Of a stretch of DNA of 64,000 bases, positions 1 to 13,959 are shown piece by piece; position 1 is the stretch's first letter, and every line of letters starts with the position of its first letter. The stretch is from contig MCFH01000045.1 of NCBI GenBank assembly GCA_002104945.1, positions 62,001 through 126,000 of the forward strand, read 5' to 3'. A program made the position numbers and the translations under genes. The notes below the pieces were generated by a model that had not been told where the DNA came from, did not search any database, and worked only from the letters and a program-made list of their open reading frames with translations. Source of the DNA: Piromyces finnis finn (lineage: Eukaryota; Fungi; Neocallimastigomycota).

Positions 1-376
1 TTACATTGATATTTATTGTTGCTGTTCTATAATAACAATTATATATATTATCTCTAAAAAAAAACCTTCATCTATACTTTTACATATACTTTTTTTTTTT
101 TTTTTACAAACTATAGTACTAAATAATACTAAATAAATAGGCTTCATTAGAAATATTATCTAATACAAAGTATTTACCTAAATCTTTAGCACTAAATACA
201 CCCCAAACAGATATAAATAAAATATTAATATGCAATATTTATATTTAATATCGAAATAATAATTATAATTGTTATGTAATTAACAAAAATTCGTTTTAAA
301 AATATAGATTATAATAATTATTTAAATATTATATTAATAATAGTTGTTATAAATAAAAAATTGTTTATAATACTAC

Positions 377-532
377 CTATTTATTTCCAATATTAATATT
401 ACTATTTTTTTGGTGACAACAGCATCAACAACAAATAATAACTATTAAAACACTAAATGATCTTGCTATAATACCTAATACTATAAATACTATACTTAAT
501 TCATCACTGTCAGAAGATGCATGATACATATC
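377..532 (-). pseudogene. Probable decayed exon of a single-pass membrane protein (TM helix plus Cys-rich juxtamembrane run)
   Basis: Minus frame reads DMYHASSDSDELSIVFIVLGIIARSFSVLIVIICC*CCCHQKNSNINIGNK*, with an in-frame TGA at 425-427 inside the Cys run. Further stop-ridden, protein-like text lies upstream at ~860-1130. Confidence 0.35.
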
Positions 533-791
533 AGAATATATTTCACAAATCACAATTTATAAATAAATAATCCGTCTGTAGCCTTTTTACATCTCTCACC
601 GTTCAATCGCAGCATTTATACCTTTCCACTTTTTTTTTTTTTTTTCGTAAAAATATAATGAGTTTTACATCTAAAAAATGATAAATAAGCTTCATCTAGA
701 ATATTAGTTGACCCAGTACAAGTATAACTAAATTGAAAAAGTAATTACAAAATTTATATACTCTTTGGTTCTTATATATTCATTACGAAAA

Positions 792-823
<32 letters not shown>

Positions 824-1356
824 TTTTGTATTTAGAATAGGCATAAAATATTCTAAAATCTAATGAGGAAAAGATGGTTCACCATTTCCGCTATATGGAT
901 AGATATGAAAATAGTCAGGAATAATGGATTACTTTGATACTCCCTGAGTTGTTTATTTCTAGTAATAAGCAACTCAACAACCTCAATACGAATCATTCAA
1001 ATAATTCTTAAATTTAAGTGAACTCTATTGAAATTATTAAATAACAAATGATTTATTTGATAAAAAGTGTATCAGAAGACTTTTCTCCCAGGCTACTATT
1101 TTTCCATTAATGTTCTCTAATACATTCTATAAAGTTTATAAAAAAAACTTCGGATTAAAAATTTTAAAAAATTAGGATTATTTCCATAAAGCATCATTAT
1201 TACTATATAACATTCATTAATAAAAATAATAAAAATAACCATCCCATTTATTTTTTTTTTTTTTTAACAATTATAACTATTAAAAATATTAATAAAATAT
1301 AATCAAAAATTTAAAAGTCTTTTATATATGTTTTTTTTTGTATTGTTTGATTGTAA

Positions 1357-1393
<37 letters not shown>

Positions 1394-1607
1394 TTTAAAA
1401 AAAAAAAAAAAAAGTCATTAACATTGAAATATTTATTGTATATGTAACATATTATGATATATATAAAATTAATATAAATATTTTTTTTTTGTGTATTTTT
1501 TTTTTTTTTAAATTTTTTTTTTATTATTTTAATTTTTGTGCATTAGACATTCACTCTTTAAAAATTCAAAAGATAAAATTACCATCTTATGTTTTATTAT
1601 TATATAT

Positions 1608-2648
1608 TTAATGTTCTATCCATTCAATATGATCTTTAAAACCATTTCTTCTATTAAAAGTATTAAAAGTAGAGTTGTATGGAGTCAAACGTCTATAAAG
1701 TTGTTCAAATAATTTATAACAATATAAATAGTCTGGTTCTTCCATGAAACCTAAATTTCTGGTATAGTCTAAGAACTTGGCAAACTCACTCGGTAAATTA
1801 CCACAAATTTCATACATTGTTGCTTCTCTTTTTCTAATTCTAATTTTTGCCCAACCTTCTCTTGAAGATGATGCTTTAATACCCATCCAAGGCAATGAAG
1901 CTTTGGCTAAGTCTATAAGAACATAAGCTAAAGATTCTAAATCATCTCTACGAGTGTGATCATAACCTTCGTGAACATTTACACTTGCATATCTAGCAGT
2001 TCCAACACGTGAACGACTCTTCATTGGTTTTCTAAATGGAATATGTCTTTTTGTTACTGGATCACGATAAAATGATGAAAGACCAAAATCTACAACATAA
2101 ATAGTTTGATCTTTTGGATTATTTACATTACCAACACAAAACTGATCTGGTTTTACATCACGAAAAACAATACCTTTGGAATGTATAAACTGAAAACGAT
2201 TAATAAGTTCCATTCCACAATATGCAACTGCTCTTAATGAAAGTTTTCCTGTAGGTGAAGAATTTTGAATTTCTCTAAGAGATGGACCTAATTGTTCCAT
2301 CACAAGAATATTCCAATTACCTTCAACACCCATATGAAAAACTTTTGGTATTCCAACTGGTCTTTCCATATTTTGATTCTTTATTTTATCATAGTTTCGA
2401 TGATAATACCTCATATCCATTGAATTATTACTATTACCATATTTAGTAATCATATTATTACATACAGGTTGGAATAAGCAAGAATACATATCTCTTTCGT
2501 GTTCTAACTGTGGATAATCGATTGTTGCTGGTTCACGCTTAACTGCAACTTTAGTATTTGTGCGAATATTTAATGCAGAAAAAACTTGACCGAAAGTACC
2601 TTCGGAAAGTTTTTCAATTACCTCCCACTGACCTGCTAATATTACCAT
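1608..2648 (-). CDS. Casein kinase I family Ser/Thr kinase, intronless, 346 aa
   Basis: Motifs EGTFGQV, VAVK, FRDVKPDQF, DFGLS, GTARYAS, RRDDLESL and LPW; C-lobe EEPDY typical of CK1. Confidence 0.93.
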   Translation of the reverse strand: MVILAGQWEVIEKLSEGTFGQVFSALNIRTNTKVAVKREPATIDYPQLEHERDMYSCLFQPVCNNMITKYGNSNNSMDMRYYHRNYDKIKNQNMERPVGIPKVFHMGVEGNWNILVMEQLGPSLREIQNSSPTGKLSLRAVAYCGMELINRFQFIHSKGIVFRDVKPDQFCVGNVNNPKDQTIYVVDFGLSSFYRDPVTKRHIPFRKPMKSRSRVGTARYASVNVHEGYDHTRRDDLESLAYVLIDLAKASLPWMGIKASSSREGWAKIRIRKREATMYEICGNLPSEFAKFLDYTRNLGFMEEPDYLYCYKLFEQLYRRLTPYNSTFNTFNRRNGFKDHIEWIEH

Positions 2649-5600
2649 ATTGATATTTAACTTTTATATTATGTTATAACTGCTTTTAAAGATTTTTCAA
2701 TAAAATTTATTAAATAATTCAGATATTATAATAGATACTTTTTTTTTTATATTATTTAATTCCTTTATGAAAACTCCTTATACGTATAAAATGTTTTGAA
2801 GAAAAAACGGTTACTTTATTTCTTTTATCAATAGACTTTCGAAATAATAAAATGAATTTGTATTGTATGATATTTTTAAAAAAAAACTTTGAAATTTAAA
2901 CTTTTCGATAATAATGAAAAATTCACTTTCCTTTTTTTATTTTTTTTTAGTTTAATTAAATTATTGCTTTGATTGTATATTTGTAATTTATAATTATAAT
3001 TATTTACTTTGATTTGTTTTTCTCTTTATTTTTTTTTTATATTTTATTTGGAAAAATAAATGAAAACTATTTTTGTATATTAAAAAGTTATATAATTCTT
3101 CTATATTTTAATTTTTGAATGTATTTTTTCTTTTTAATATCTCTGTAAATAAGATTTTATGATACGATCTAATTATTGTACAATAAGCGTCAGTTCTTTA
3201 CTTTTTAATTGATAATTAGTATAGTAGCAATATTTTTGGTATAAAGTAATAATCTTTTATTAATGATTTTTTACTTTAAGATCGTAATTGCTTCCTTTAT
3301 TCGCTTTAATAGTAATTCGTTATGGATATATTTTCTTTCTTACTTTAATTTTAAGTTAAAAAAAATTAATAATAATCTGCTTTGTATAACAATACTATTA
3401 CTAATACTTTTTTTCTTAAAACAGATAAAAAGAATTGCTTATTAATATTCTTTTCGTCTTTTATTATTAAGAAGATAAATACTATTATTTATTGTTTTTT
3501 GTTTTTGTATTTGTTTTTGTTTTATTTATTCATTTAGTACTTTTTTATTCGATAAACCTTTTTTGTTTTTGCTTTTATTTTTTTTTTTTAGATTTTAATA
3601 GAATAGCTTTTAAAGTATTTCTAGAACTTTGAAACTTGTATTTATTCAAGAATTTTTCTTCAATACGAAAATATTATATTTTGGTAACTTTTTAAATGAA
3701 AATATTCATTATAATTATGTCAAAATACGATATTGAAATTCTTAAATTTACTTTTCTTTATTATATTTTGTTACCTTTTTTTTTTTTAAGTTTTTTATTT
3801 TCACTATATTAAAAACAAAATTTTTAAAAAAAAAAAAAGTTTGGATACTTATTAATTAAAATATATATTATAAATATTATAATTCAATAAACTGAAAAGG
3901 TAATATTAATATTTTAATGATAAAAAAAAATAAGAATAAACTATAACTATTTGTAATATATATATTATTTTAAAATTAAACTATTGGTATTTTATGATAA
4001 AATAAATAACTAAATGCTAATAAAGAAAAAATGTTCTATTATTAAAATAAAAAAATATATATTTTAATTAAAATATAAACCTATTGTTTCAGAATTTTCT
4101 TCGTCCTGAAATATATAAAAGATATACTAAAACTAAATAAAAAGTTGACTTTTAATCAATTTTTTATGTATAAATTATATTATACATAAATATAATTGAA
4201 TAAAATATAAAATAAAATTTCTATTACTAAAAAAAAGAAAATTTTATTTTTTATTCTTTTTATAATATTTTAATGCATTTATTTTTTTTTTAATTTATTT
4301 TGTTTTTCTTTTGAAAGGGAATTTTATTATAAATCAAAATGCTATTTTCTTTAAAATTATTTAATCTCAATATTCTTTTAACTTTTAAAGCATTTCATAT
4401 CAATGGGATATCATCTAAACTTTTAATATATTTATTAAACTATAGTGGTAACGTTATTATGAATCTTTAGTTTATGTTTAAATCTATAATGAATGTATTT
4501 TTGAAGAATGTTTTAAAAAAAATTTTTACAAATATTTACAAAACATGTAATAGTTAAAAAATTATTACTATAGTAAAAACAAAAAAAAAAACAAATTCTT
4601 TTTATTTTTTTTTTAACGGAAATAACTTATTTATTTAAATCAAGGGTGAAAGTGGAGTACTATTATATTATGTTTGTGAAATTTTGAATTTTTTATGAAA
4701 ATTAACAATATAAAAAATTAAAATAAAAAAGTCTTTATTTTTAATTCTTTTTTAAGCATTAAATAATGATAGATTTATGAATTAATATACTATTTTTAAA
4801 AAAACGTTTAATATTGAATATTAATATATAATTAATATTAATTTACTATTTTTTTATTAATACTATATTTTTTTTGGTTCTTTTTTTTATTTTGTATATA
4901 AATGAAAGAAAAAAAATGAATTAAAATATGATATTAAAACTGATAATAATATGCTATTTTTTTTTTTTAATTCTTTTTTTTTTTTTTTTGTTATTGCTGT
5001 TTTTATTTTTATTATTGGAATACTATTATTATTTTTTGTTTTATTGTTAATTTTTTATATGGATTAATTTAAAAAAATGGCGTTATTTTCATTTACTACG
5101 TAAAAAATAAAAAAAAATTAAACTAATTTGTTTTTTCTTTTTTACTTTTGTTTTAATTTTTTAAAACGATAACAAAAAGATATTTTTGGAGTTATTTATA
5201 TTAATCTTTAAACAAAATTTTTAATGCTTTTTCCATATTTAATATATGACACCATAATCATTATTTATTTAATTTTAATATATGATAAATAAATAGAGTT
5301 TTAAATTTTAACATTATTATTATATATCATTATATATTATGAATAAATTTATAATATATGAATATTCTTTTGATTTTATTTAATACTGGAATTTAAGTCA
5401 AAATTCTAGTAAATTGAAAAAAAAATAAAAACCAATAATAATATAATTATAATATAAATTCAATTTATTGCATTTGTATTTATAATTGAATAATATATAA
5501 AGTGATTAAACAATATATTGGAATATACTAATAATAAATGTTAAGTATATTTAATTCCAATGATGTGGAATATAATTATATTTCAAAATTTTTAAAAAAA

Positions 5601-6057
5601 TAATCAACAAGGTTTTAATTTTATTACATATAAAAGTATATAGAACATATATTAAAATATACTTTAATTTTATATGTTTATATATTAAAATAGTACTAGC
5701 AATATATTAAGTAAAACTATAAAATAAAATTTATATTGCGTAGTATTAAATCATTTTTTAAAAAAATAGAATTATTATAATATATGATAATTATAAAATT
5801 ATAGTTTATTGTGGTATATTCTTAATATATTTTAATATATATTATATTTAAATTTTAATTTTTTCCATTTTAATTGTAAATGTGTATAATGTGATTTTTT
5901 ACCTGATGATGTAATTTTTAGTATCGCAAAATATAACAAATTAAAATTTAGCAATTATAATATATGATGATAATATATTATTATATATGCAAATTTAATT
6001 TCATAGAAAAAAAAGAAGGAATTAGTTTTAATTATTTTATTAATTATATAAAATTAC

Positions 6058-6177
<120 letters not shown>

Positions 6178-7990
6178 AAAATGAAATTAATTTTTTGTGA
6201 TAATGAATGAATGAACCATTCTCAAGAAAGAAAACTAAAAGGAGTGGAAACTCTTTTTACACAAGGTGCTTGTGACTTTTTATTATTAAAAACGAATTAA
6301 GAAGTTCTACTTTTCCTACCTAATACCTTTGTAAAAAAAAAAAAAAAAGGCTTTATCGAAATTGATAAATTATCATTTGAAATTTAACAATTTAAACTTT
6401 ATAAGATTATTAAATAAATATATATAAAAATGGAAGAGAGATCAGTATGAATTTAATGTACTAATAAATAATAATAATTAATGGCAATGATAATGATAGA
6501 TAGCAACGACAATGAAAAAAAATAAAAGGCTGTATTATAAATTCCAATTCATTCTTTTTTTATTATTTTAAAAAAAAAAAGTCAAACTTTATTATTCAAC
6601 AACAACAACAACAACAATAATAATAATAATAAATAAGGAAATAATGAATTTATTTCTTTTACGCCATTTCATAAACAGATAACTTTATTATTTAATAAAG
6701 CATTAAATCATTAAATGTAATTTGCCTATATTCTTGAGGTGAAATAAAATTAATTATAAAATTAAAAAGTTAACTTTGAAATAAATAAAAATATTTAAAT
6801 TTTAAATAAATTATTTTTTTTATTTTTTCATTCTTATTGCCATCTTTTAAGGTTATTTAAATTATTTCTTACTTTTTTTATAGGTAAGCTTTACTAACTG
6901 GAAAGTAAAAAGACAATTTACAAATGAAAAATTAAACGTCATTCTTTAATGCACGTTTAAAATGATAGTGGTTAGAGATGATTAGAATTATATTTTGGTT
7001 TTATTACAATAAAACAAAATTCAATAACTATAAAATATTAATTGCTTTTATATAGTTAACCTGCTTATCACTATTATTTAGGTATGTCATTTTTGATGTT
7101 ATTGTTGCTTGCTTTAAAAAGAGTGAACATTTTTTTTTTTAAAAGTTCACTTTATTAAAACCTAATCCAAATCATAATGTGACAATATATTAAAATTAAA
7201 TTAAATTATTTCCATATATTAAATATAATATAATTCTTTAACATTTAATTTAAAATGTCTCAAATATACTATTTAATTTATTTCTTTACACTATAATATA
7301 TATTAATTATATACTAAAATATAAATACTTTAATAAATTAAAAAAGGATGAGTTTGAAAAAAAAGAAAAAATACAAAGGTTAATTAAAAAAATAAAAGAA
7401 AATAAAATAGTTATATGAGTATTAAAATAAAGGTTTATTTATTTAAAATATTCTCGATAATAAGATATTTGAAGGTCAAATGAAATCCAATGAAATAATG
7501 AAAATAATTTGTAATTTTTAATAGTATAGTATTCTAATATTATTTATTATTATTAATAATTATTAATATTATTTTCTGCTTTTTTTTTATTTTATTTTCA
7601 TTTTTTCCTTTTTTATCCCTAAAATTTATTTTATTTCACCTGTTCGTATTTTCTTTTCTTTTTTTTACCCTTTTTGGTTAATTTTTTTTTAAATAAATAT
7701 CAGGCTTTTGATAAACGAAAATTTTAAAAAAAATTAATATAATGTGACTTTTTCCTTTTTTTTCCTAATTAAAAAGATAAAATTTTAATTCTTATTAAAA
7801 AAGGAACCTTTCTAAAAAGGAAATTTTATGTACATTACAATAATTAATAATGATTTGAATGTATTTTAGTAAATTTTAATAATAAACCATTTTACTACAT
7901 TACATTACATTGTTGTGTAATTGTAATTAATAAAATGTTGGTTGGCAAAGTTTCATCATTGAAAAAGTATTAATTAAAAACAGTTCATTG

Positions 7991-8215
<225 letters not shown>

Positions 8216-10117
8216 TATTATAGGTTATTAATTATCTCTTTGGAATGAAGATGAATCCATTAAGAATGATAATGATATATAATTAAATACATTTCACATA
8301 TAATATTATTTGACGGCGGTTGGTATTTAATTTTTAGATTTTTTTTATTTGTTTTAAAATAAAACTGGAAATTCATTTGTATTGATAAAATATTATATAA
8401 AAATATTTTACCTTTTTTGTAATTATTATTTTTTTTAAAAAATGAATAAAGCAATTTTACATAAAGGTTTTTTCTTTTTATTTAATAAAGGAGTAAAGCT
8501 ATTTTATGTTTTACTTTTATATTTATATAATTCATTACTATTATAAAAGATTATCTAAAACAGGATAATTCAATCTTATTTCCTTATTTGCATTTTAATC
8601 TAATCTTTTTAATTAACAGCTGGAAAAAACTATTATAAAATTATGAAATTTATAAAATTAACTTATAAATAATTAATAAAATAAGCGAAACTTTTTTTTA
8701 ATAAATTATGATATAGATATAGTTTATAAAAGCATTTTTTTTAAAGAAAAAAATCTTATTGTTTAAAATTTCAATGAACGAACAATATTTATAAAAAAAG
8801 AATAACTATTAAAAAAATATAATTTCATTATTCATTATTAATGATTTTTTAGATAATAATTGATAAGTATAACTTTTTTTATTTTTTTTTAAAAAAATTT
8901 TTTGTATATTAATTATATATAATGAATATTTTGAGATGATATTTAAACCTAAAAAAAAATACAAATATAATAACATATATATATATTTCTAATTTTTTCT
9001 ATTGATACAATAATTCTAAAGTTTTAAAGAAATATTTTTTTAGTATATATATTTTCTATTATTTAATTATACTATATTTTATCATATGTATTATTTAAAT
9101 TCAAATACATAACTTTGTTCATATTAATATTCATAAAAACTTTTTTTTTTTAAAAAAAAAAGTATAAAAGATTTAGTTATGGTGAAAAAATCTTTTAGAG
9201 GGAATTTTTTTTTTCTTATATTAAATGAAACTTTAAAATTTTTTAAATTTAATATTTTCAAAATTAGTTTTATTTATTTATTAATTATAGTGAAATCTAA
9301 CTTTTTATTATTATGAATGAAAAAATGAATAATATAATCTATATTTTTATGATTTTATATTAAAAAAAAAGAAGGTTATCTCTTTTTTTTTTTTTTAATA
9401 ACGTGTAATAATATTAATTCGGTAATGCCAACCATATTATTACTTTATATGTATTTAAAAAAATAATAATTTTATAATAAAATAAGATTTTATATATATT
9501 ATTATTTTTTTTATTATTACTACTTTAACTGACGAAAGATAGAGTTGTATTATTAATATAATTTAGAATTTTATAGATTTTTAATTTATTAGATAATACA
9601 ACAAGAAATGAATCACTGTAATAAAATGGTAAAAAGAATTTTGTTTTTCATATTAAAATATAGAATTTCTTGTTATATAAAGTATTATATTATTCTAGGT
9701 TATTATAATTATTAATTATTAATTTTATTTTTTTTATATGTTAATTATAAATAATATTAATAATGTTTGTATAATAAACTATAAAATTATAATTGGTAAT
9801 TTGTAATATTAGTAATGATAAATAGATTTATCTTTTTTTTTTTCATATGATATTAATGAATTAGATATTATTTGTCTTTTTTTTTTTTTTGTGTGTGTTT
9901 TTTTAATTGTCATTGATTCTATTGATTTAAACTTTGAAAACTTTCTTTTATCAAATAAAAATCTAGACTTTTATAAAAAAAAAATTAAAATTTAATAACC
10001 AAAACAGTTTAAAATTTTTAATTATAAAACTATTTTATTTTAAATTTTATTTATAAATAAATAAAAATAATGTAATAATTGTTATTGAAAAGTTTAATAA
10101 AACGTTCAGTAGTTTAA

Positions 10118-10651
10118 GTCGTTCCAGTTTTTATCCTGGTTGTTAAGGCGTTTCCTTAGCATACATAAGGCTTCTGGTTCGACCCCGCAGATGTCAGTGC
10201 CTGTGGATTTTCCCACTGGGTTTGCCATGGGTTGGGTTATGATATTCAGGTAAGTATAAATGAACTTTCTAATTTACTACTATGATAATAACACTCGTCT
10301 AGCCGGCCTGAGAGGGTCTAGTGTACATGGTACATTCCAAATTAGAACTTAATAAGTGGTGACTTAGGCTATGCCAAAAAAACACATAATATTCCTTAAT
10401 CAATTTAAGTGTAAACATTAGGGGGCGGTTGACACGTGATCAAATTGACTATAAGAGGCTTAGCATTGTAGTTGTGAAATATCGTACAACGACATGCATC
10501 TAATGTACATGGATTAAGTGAGCGTCGAAGCTGAAGAAACAGTATGACAGACCAGGAGGGTCACAACCACCTAGCAATAGGAATGAGCCAACGTTTCTCT
10601 AAGAACCACCATTGGAGCTAACTCTGATCGATGGGAGAAATGCACTCGGAA

Positions 10652-10685
<34 letters not shown>
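10118..10685 (+). mobile_element. tRNA-derived SINE (non-autonomous retroelement), ~565 bp
   Basis: GC-richer island with a tRNA-like head: A-box-like TGGTTGTTAAGGCG, a 5-bp stem/7-nt loop CCTTA-GCATACA-TAAGG and B box GGTTCGACCC. It has a 31-nt poly(A) tail (10655-10685). Flanking direct repeat TTCAGTAGTTTAA occurs at 10105-10117 and 10686-10698 (16/17 bp if one indel is allowed). Confidence 0.82.
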
Positions 10686-10687
<2 letters not shown>

Positions 10688-11061
10688 CAGTAGTTTAAAG
10701 TCTTAGAATACAAAAAAAAAAAAATAAATAAATAAATAAATATTATAAATATATTAAGTTAAAAAGTATTAATTAATTATCCTTTACAAATTATTATTTA
10801 TAATATTTGTAATGATATAGATTTCATATAAATAAAATAAAACTTTAAAACTTTAAATGAAGTTTTATTTGAAATTAAATGATTTTTATTTATAAAAAAT
10901 ATATAAATAACGCCAAATTAATAAATATCTTTAAATGGACATATCACATCATGTAGTTTAGAACAAAAAAAAAATTATAAAATAGATATAAAACGTAACC
11001 CTTATAAAATCTTATTATATTCTAAAGTGGCAAAGTATAAACTAATAATATCATCATTATC

Positions 11062-11312
<251 letters not shown>

Positions 11313-11478
11313 TACAAATTTTATTTGTAGTTATTATAAAATTAAAAAAGAAAACAATCATGGTTAAAATGAAAGGACATATAAAAATAGTAATGTTATT
11401 TTTGTAATACTTGTTCTATAGTACTTTTCAAATTACCATTGAATTATTTTATAAAATTTTATAAAAACGATCTAATAT

Positions 11479-11512
<34 letters not shown>

Positions 11513-13842
11513 TGAACAATCCTTCATTATTTTCTTAAAATTCCGTGATTTTCTAAGGTTCCGAATTATTAATATTTTTTTTTACTATCTTTTATTATTC
11601 ACATCATTTAATTGTATTATTTCAAGATTTATATTCATTATTTTTTAGCATTGTATGATTTTTGATGATTTGGTTGTTAGTTATTAAATACCATCATAAT
11701 AATAATAGTATAAATATCGATGCTAAAAAAGATATATATATATTAGACATAAAATATTATAAAAGCTAAAAAAATATTATTTATTTTTTTCTCTATTAAT
11801 TGGAATATTATATTTTGCTAATCCAGGTTAACAATTAAAAAATAAATATTATTGTTTATAATTTAAATTTTTTTTTAAAGTTTTTTTATAGACAACATTA
11901 TGTTTATTAATGGATAAAGTAGCTCCTATATTATAATAATTAAAAAGTGTCAATATTAGTAATTATATATTTTCATAATTTTTATATTTAATAAAAGATA
12001 TAAAGATACTAGTTAATAATCAATTCATAACTGTTTTTTTTTTAAGATAAGAATTATATTGTGCTCAAAAAAAAAAAAATTATATTATTATGATTTGAAG
12101 TTTTAAAAATAAAAAAAAATTATTTATATATTGAGTGAATGGTTTCCTTTCTTTTCCATTAAAAAAAAAAAGAGATTATTAAAATATCGCCATCATCATC
12201 ATAATATAATAAAATAATAAAAATAAATTTATTATTGTATATTTTTTATTATATTATATCATTGTTGTTATTATGTTTTTTTGGTTTTTTGAAAAAAATA
12301 ATAATGAAATTATAAAATATAATATAATAAAATAGGAATTAATAAAAAATAATAATGTAGTAAAATAATAAGATAGAAAAAATGTGTTAAATTTTATTTG
12401 ATAAAAGTTTGGTTAGATTCATGATTGACTTGAAAATAGTTTAGAAAATTATAAAGATTAAATATTATAGTAATATTCATATTTCTTTTTATTTTATTGT
12501 TATGATTATTATCACACACTATAGTAACTATTATATATAGTAATAATAATTCTTTAGTAGCTAGTTATTTTTTTTTCTAGTTAGCTGTTTATTTTGTTGT
12601 TTTCAAAGGATTAAAATAAATATATAAAGAAAAAAATCAATATCAATTATGCTAACATATATATATTTTTTAAATATTCAAAACTTATCTGTGGACGTTA
12701 TTTGTTTTTAAAAAAAGTTGAAACAAACTAAAAAAGAAACATTAAATATAAATAATTATGTTAGTACTTTACCTACAGATAAATTTATTATAAAAATAAT
12801 ATATCATAAAAAATAGTATAGTTGTATAATGTATAGTCAGATGTATTATTTAAATATATGATTTGATAATTAGACAATTTAAATTTATAGATACAAGTTT
12901 TATTCTTATAATTATATTTTTTTTTTCTTTTAGTAGAAATAAACCAAAAAAAAAAAGAAAAGAAAAGAAAGAAAAGATATAAAGTTAAAAAAAACAATAG
13001 GAATTACTTATAAATATAATAATAGATGTATTACTGGCGCTAGTTAGTGTCTTTGTTAAAAATCATGATAGGATAAACACCTTTGTCTGACCTGTAATTA
13101 ATAAGACTTTTTTTTTTAAGTATAAAAATTAGGATGAATATTTTATATATTTTATTTTAAACATATTAAGGTAATTTACATAACTATTACTAGTACTCTT
13201 TGCTCATTCTATTCAAGTATATTAAAATAATATAAAATGATATATAAATTAAAAATATATTATAAACGGCATTGTTATTTATAATAAAAAATAAACGCTA
13301 TTAAAAAGATATATATATAAATACTTTTCCTACTTTCTATTAGTTTTAAAGCTTTATTATTAAAATTTAATTAAAAAAGTTTTAATTATTTTTTTTTTAT
13401 TACAATAAAAAGAAAAAAAAAAGTAAAAGTAATGTTCTTTGTAATACCAACAACTAATACTACAGAACATTTTAAAAATACATTTTTCATTGATAGAAGA
13501 AATAAGTATCAAAAAAAAAAAAATAAAAAATAAATTAAAATGACTCGATTTCAAACTTTAATAAATAATTTTTGACATTTATAATAAATAAATTAATTTA
13601 ATTAATAGGTGAATATCAATAATAATTTTGTCAAATTTTTACTTTCTAAAATTGGTTTTTATTACCGCAAAACTTTATTATTTATACATGATAAAACCAA
13701 ACGGAATATCTTTATATTAAATAGAATATTAAAAGTAAAAACTTTTTTTTAGAAAATAGAATGAATTATTTTAGCAAAGAATAATAATAATAATAATAAA
13801 AAAATGCTTCAAAAGTTGTTTTTATTAAATCGATCAATAAAT

Positions 13843-13959
<117 letters not shown>

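Noticed and set aside
6205-6380. Protein-like patch (NEPFSRKKTKRSGNSF...)
   Set aside because: Short and stop-interrupted, with no splice partners or family match.
10118-10195. Stand-alone tRNA gene
   Set aside because: No acceptor stem or T-run terminator; it continues into the SINE body.
10531-10537. CTGAAGA hammerhead-core-like motif in the SINE
   Set aside because: No stem II/GAAA/cleavage-triplet arrangement could be folded.
10603-10624. AACCACCATTGGAGCTAACTC resembling the RNase MRP CR-V motif
   Set aside because: No matching GAAAGUCYCC P4 partner; the poly(A) tail and TSD fit a SINE better.
13030-13095. Small GC-richer island with CTGA, a possible C/D snoRNA
   Set aside because: No proper box C or terminal stem, and no recognisable rRNA guide.
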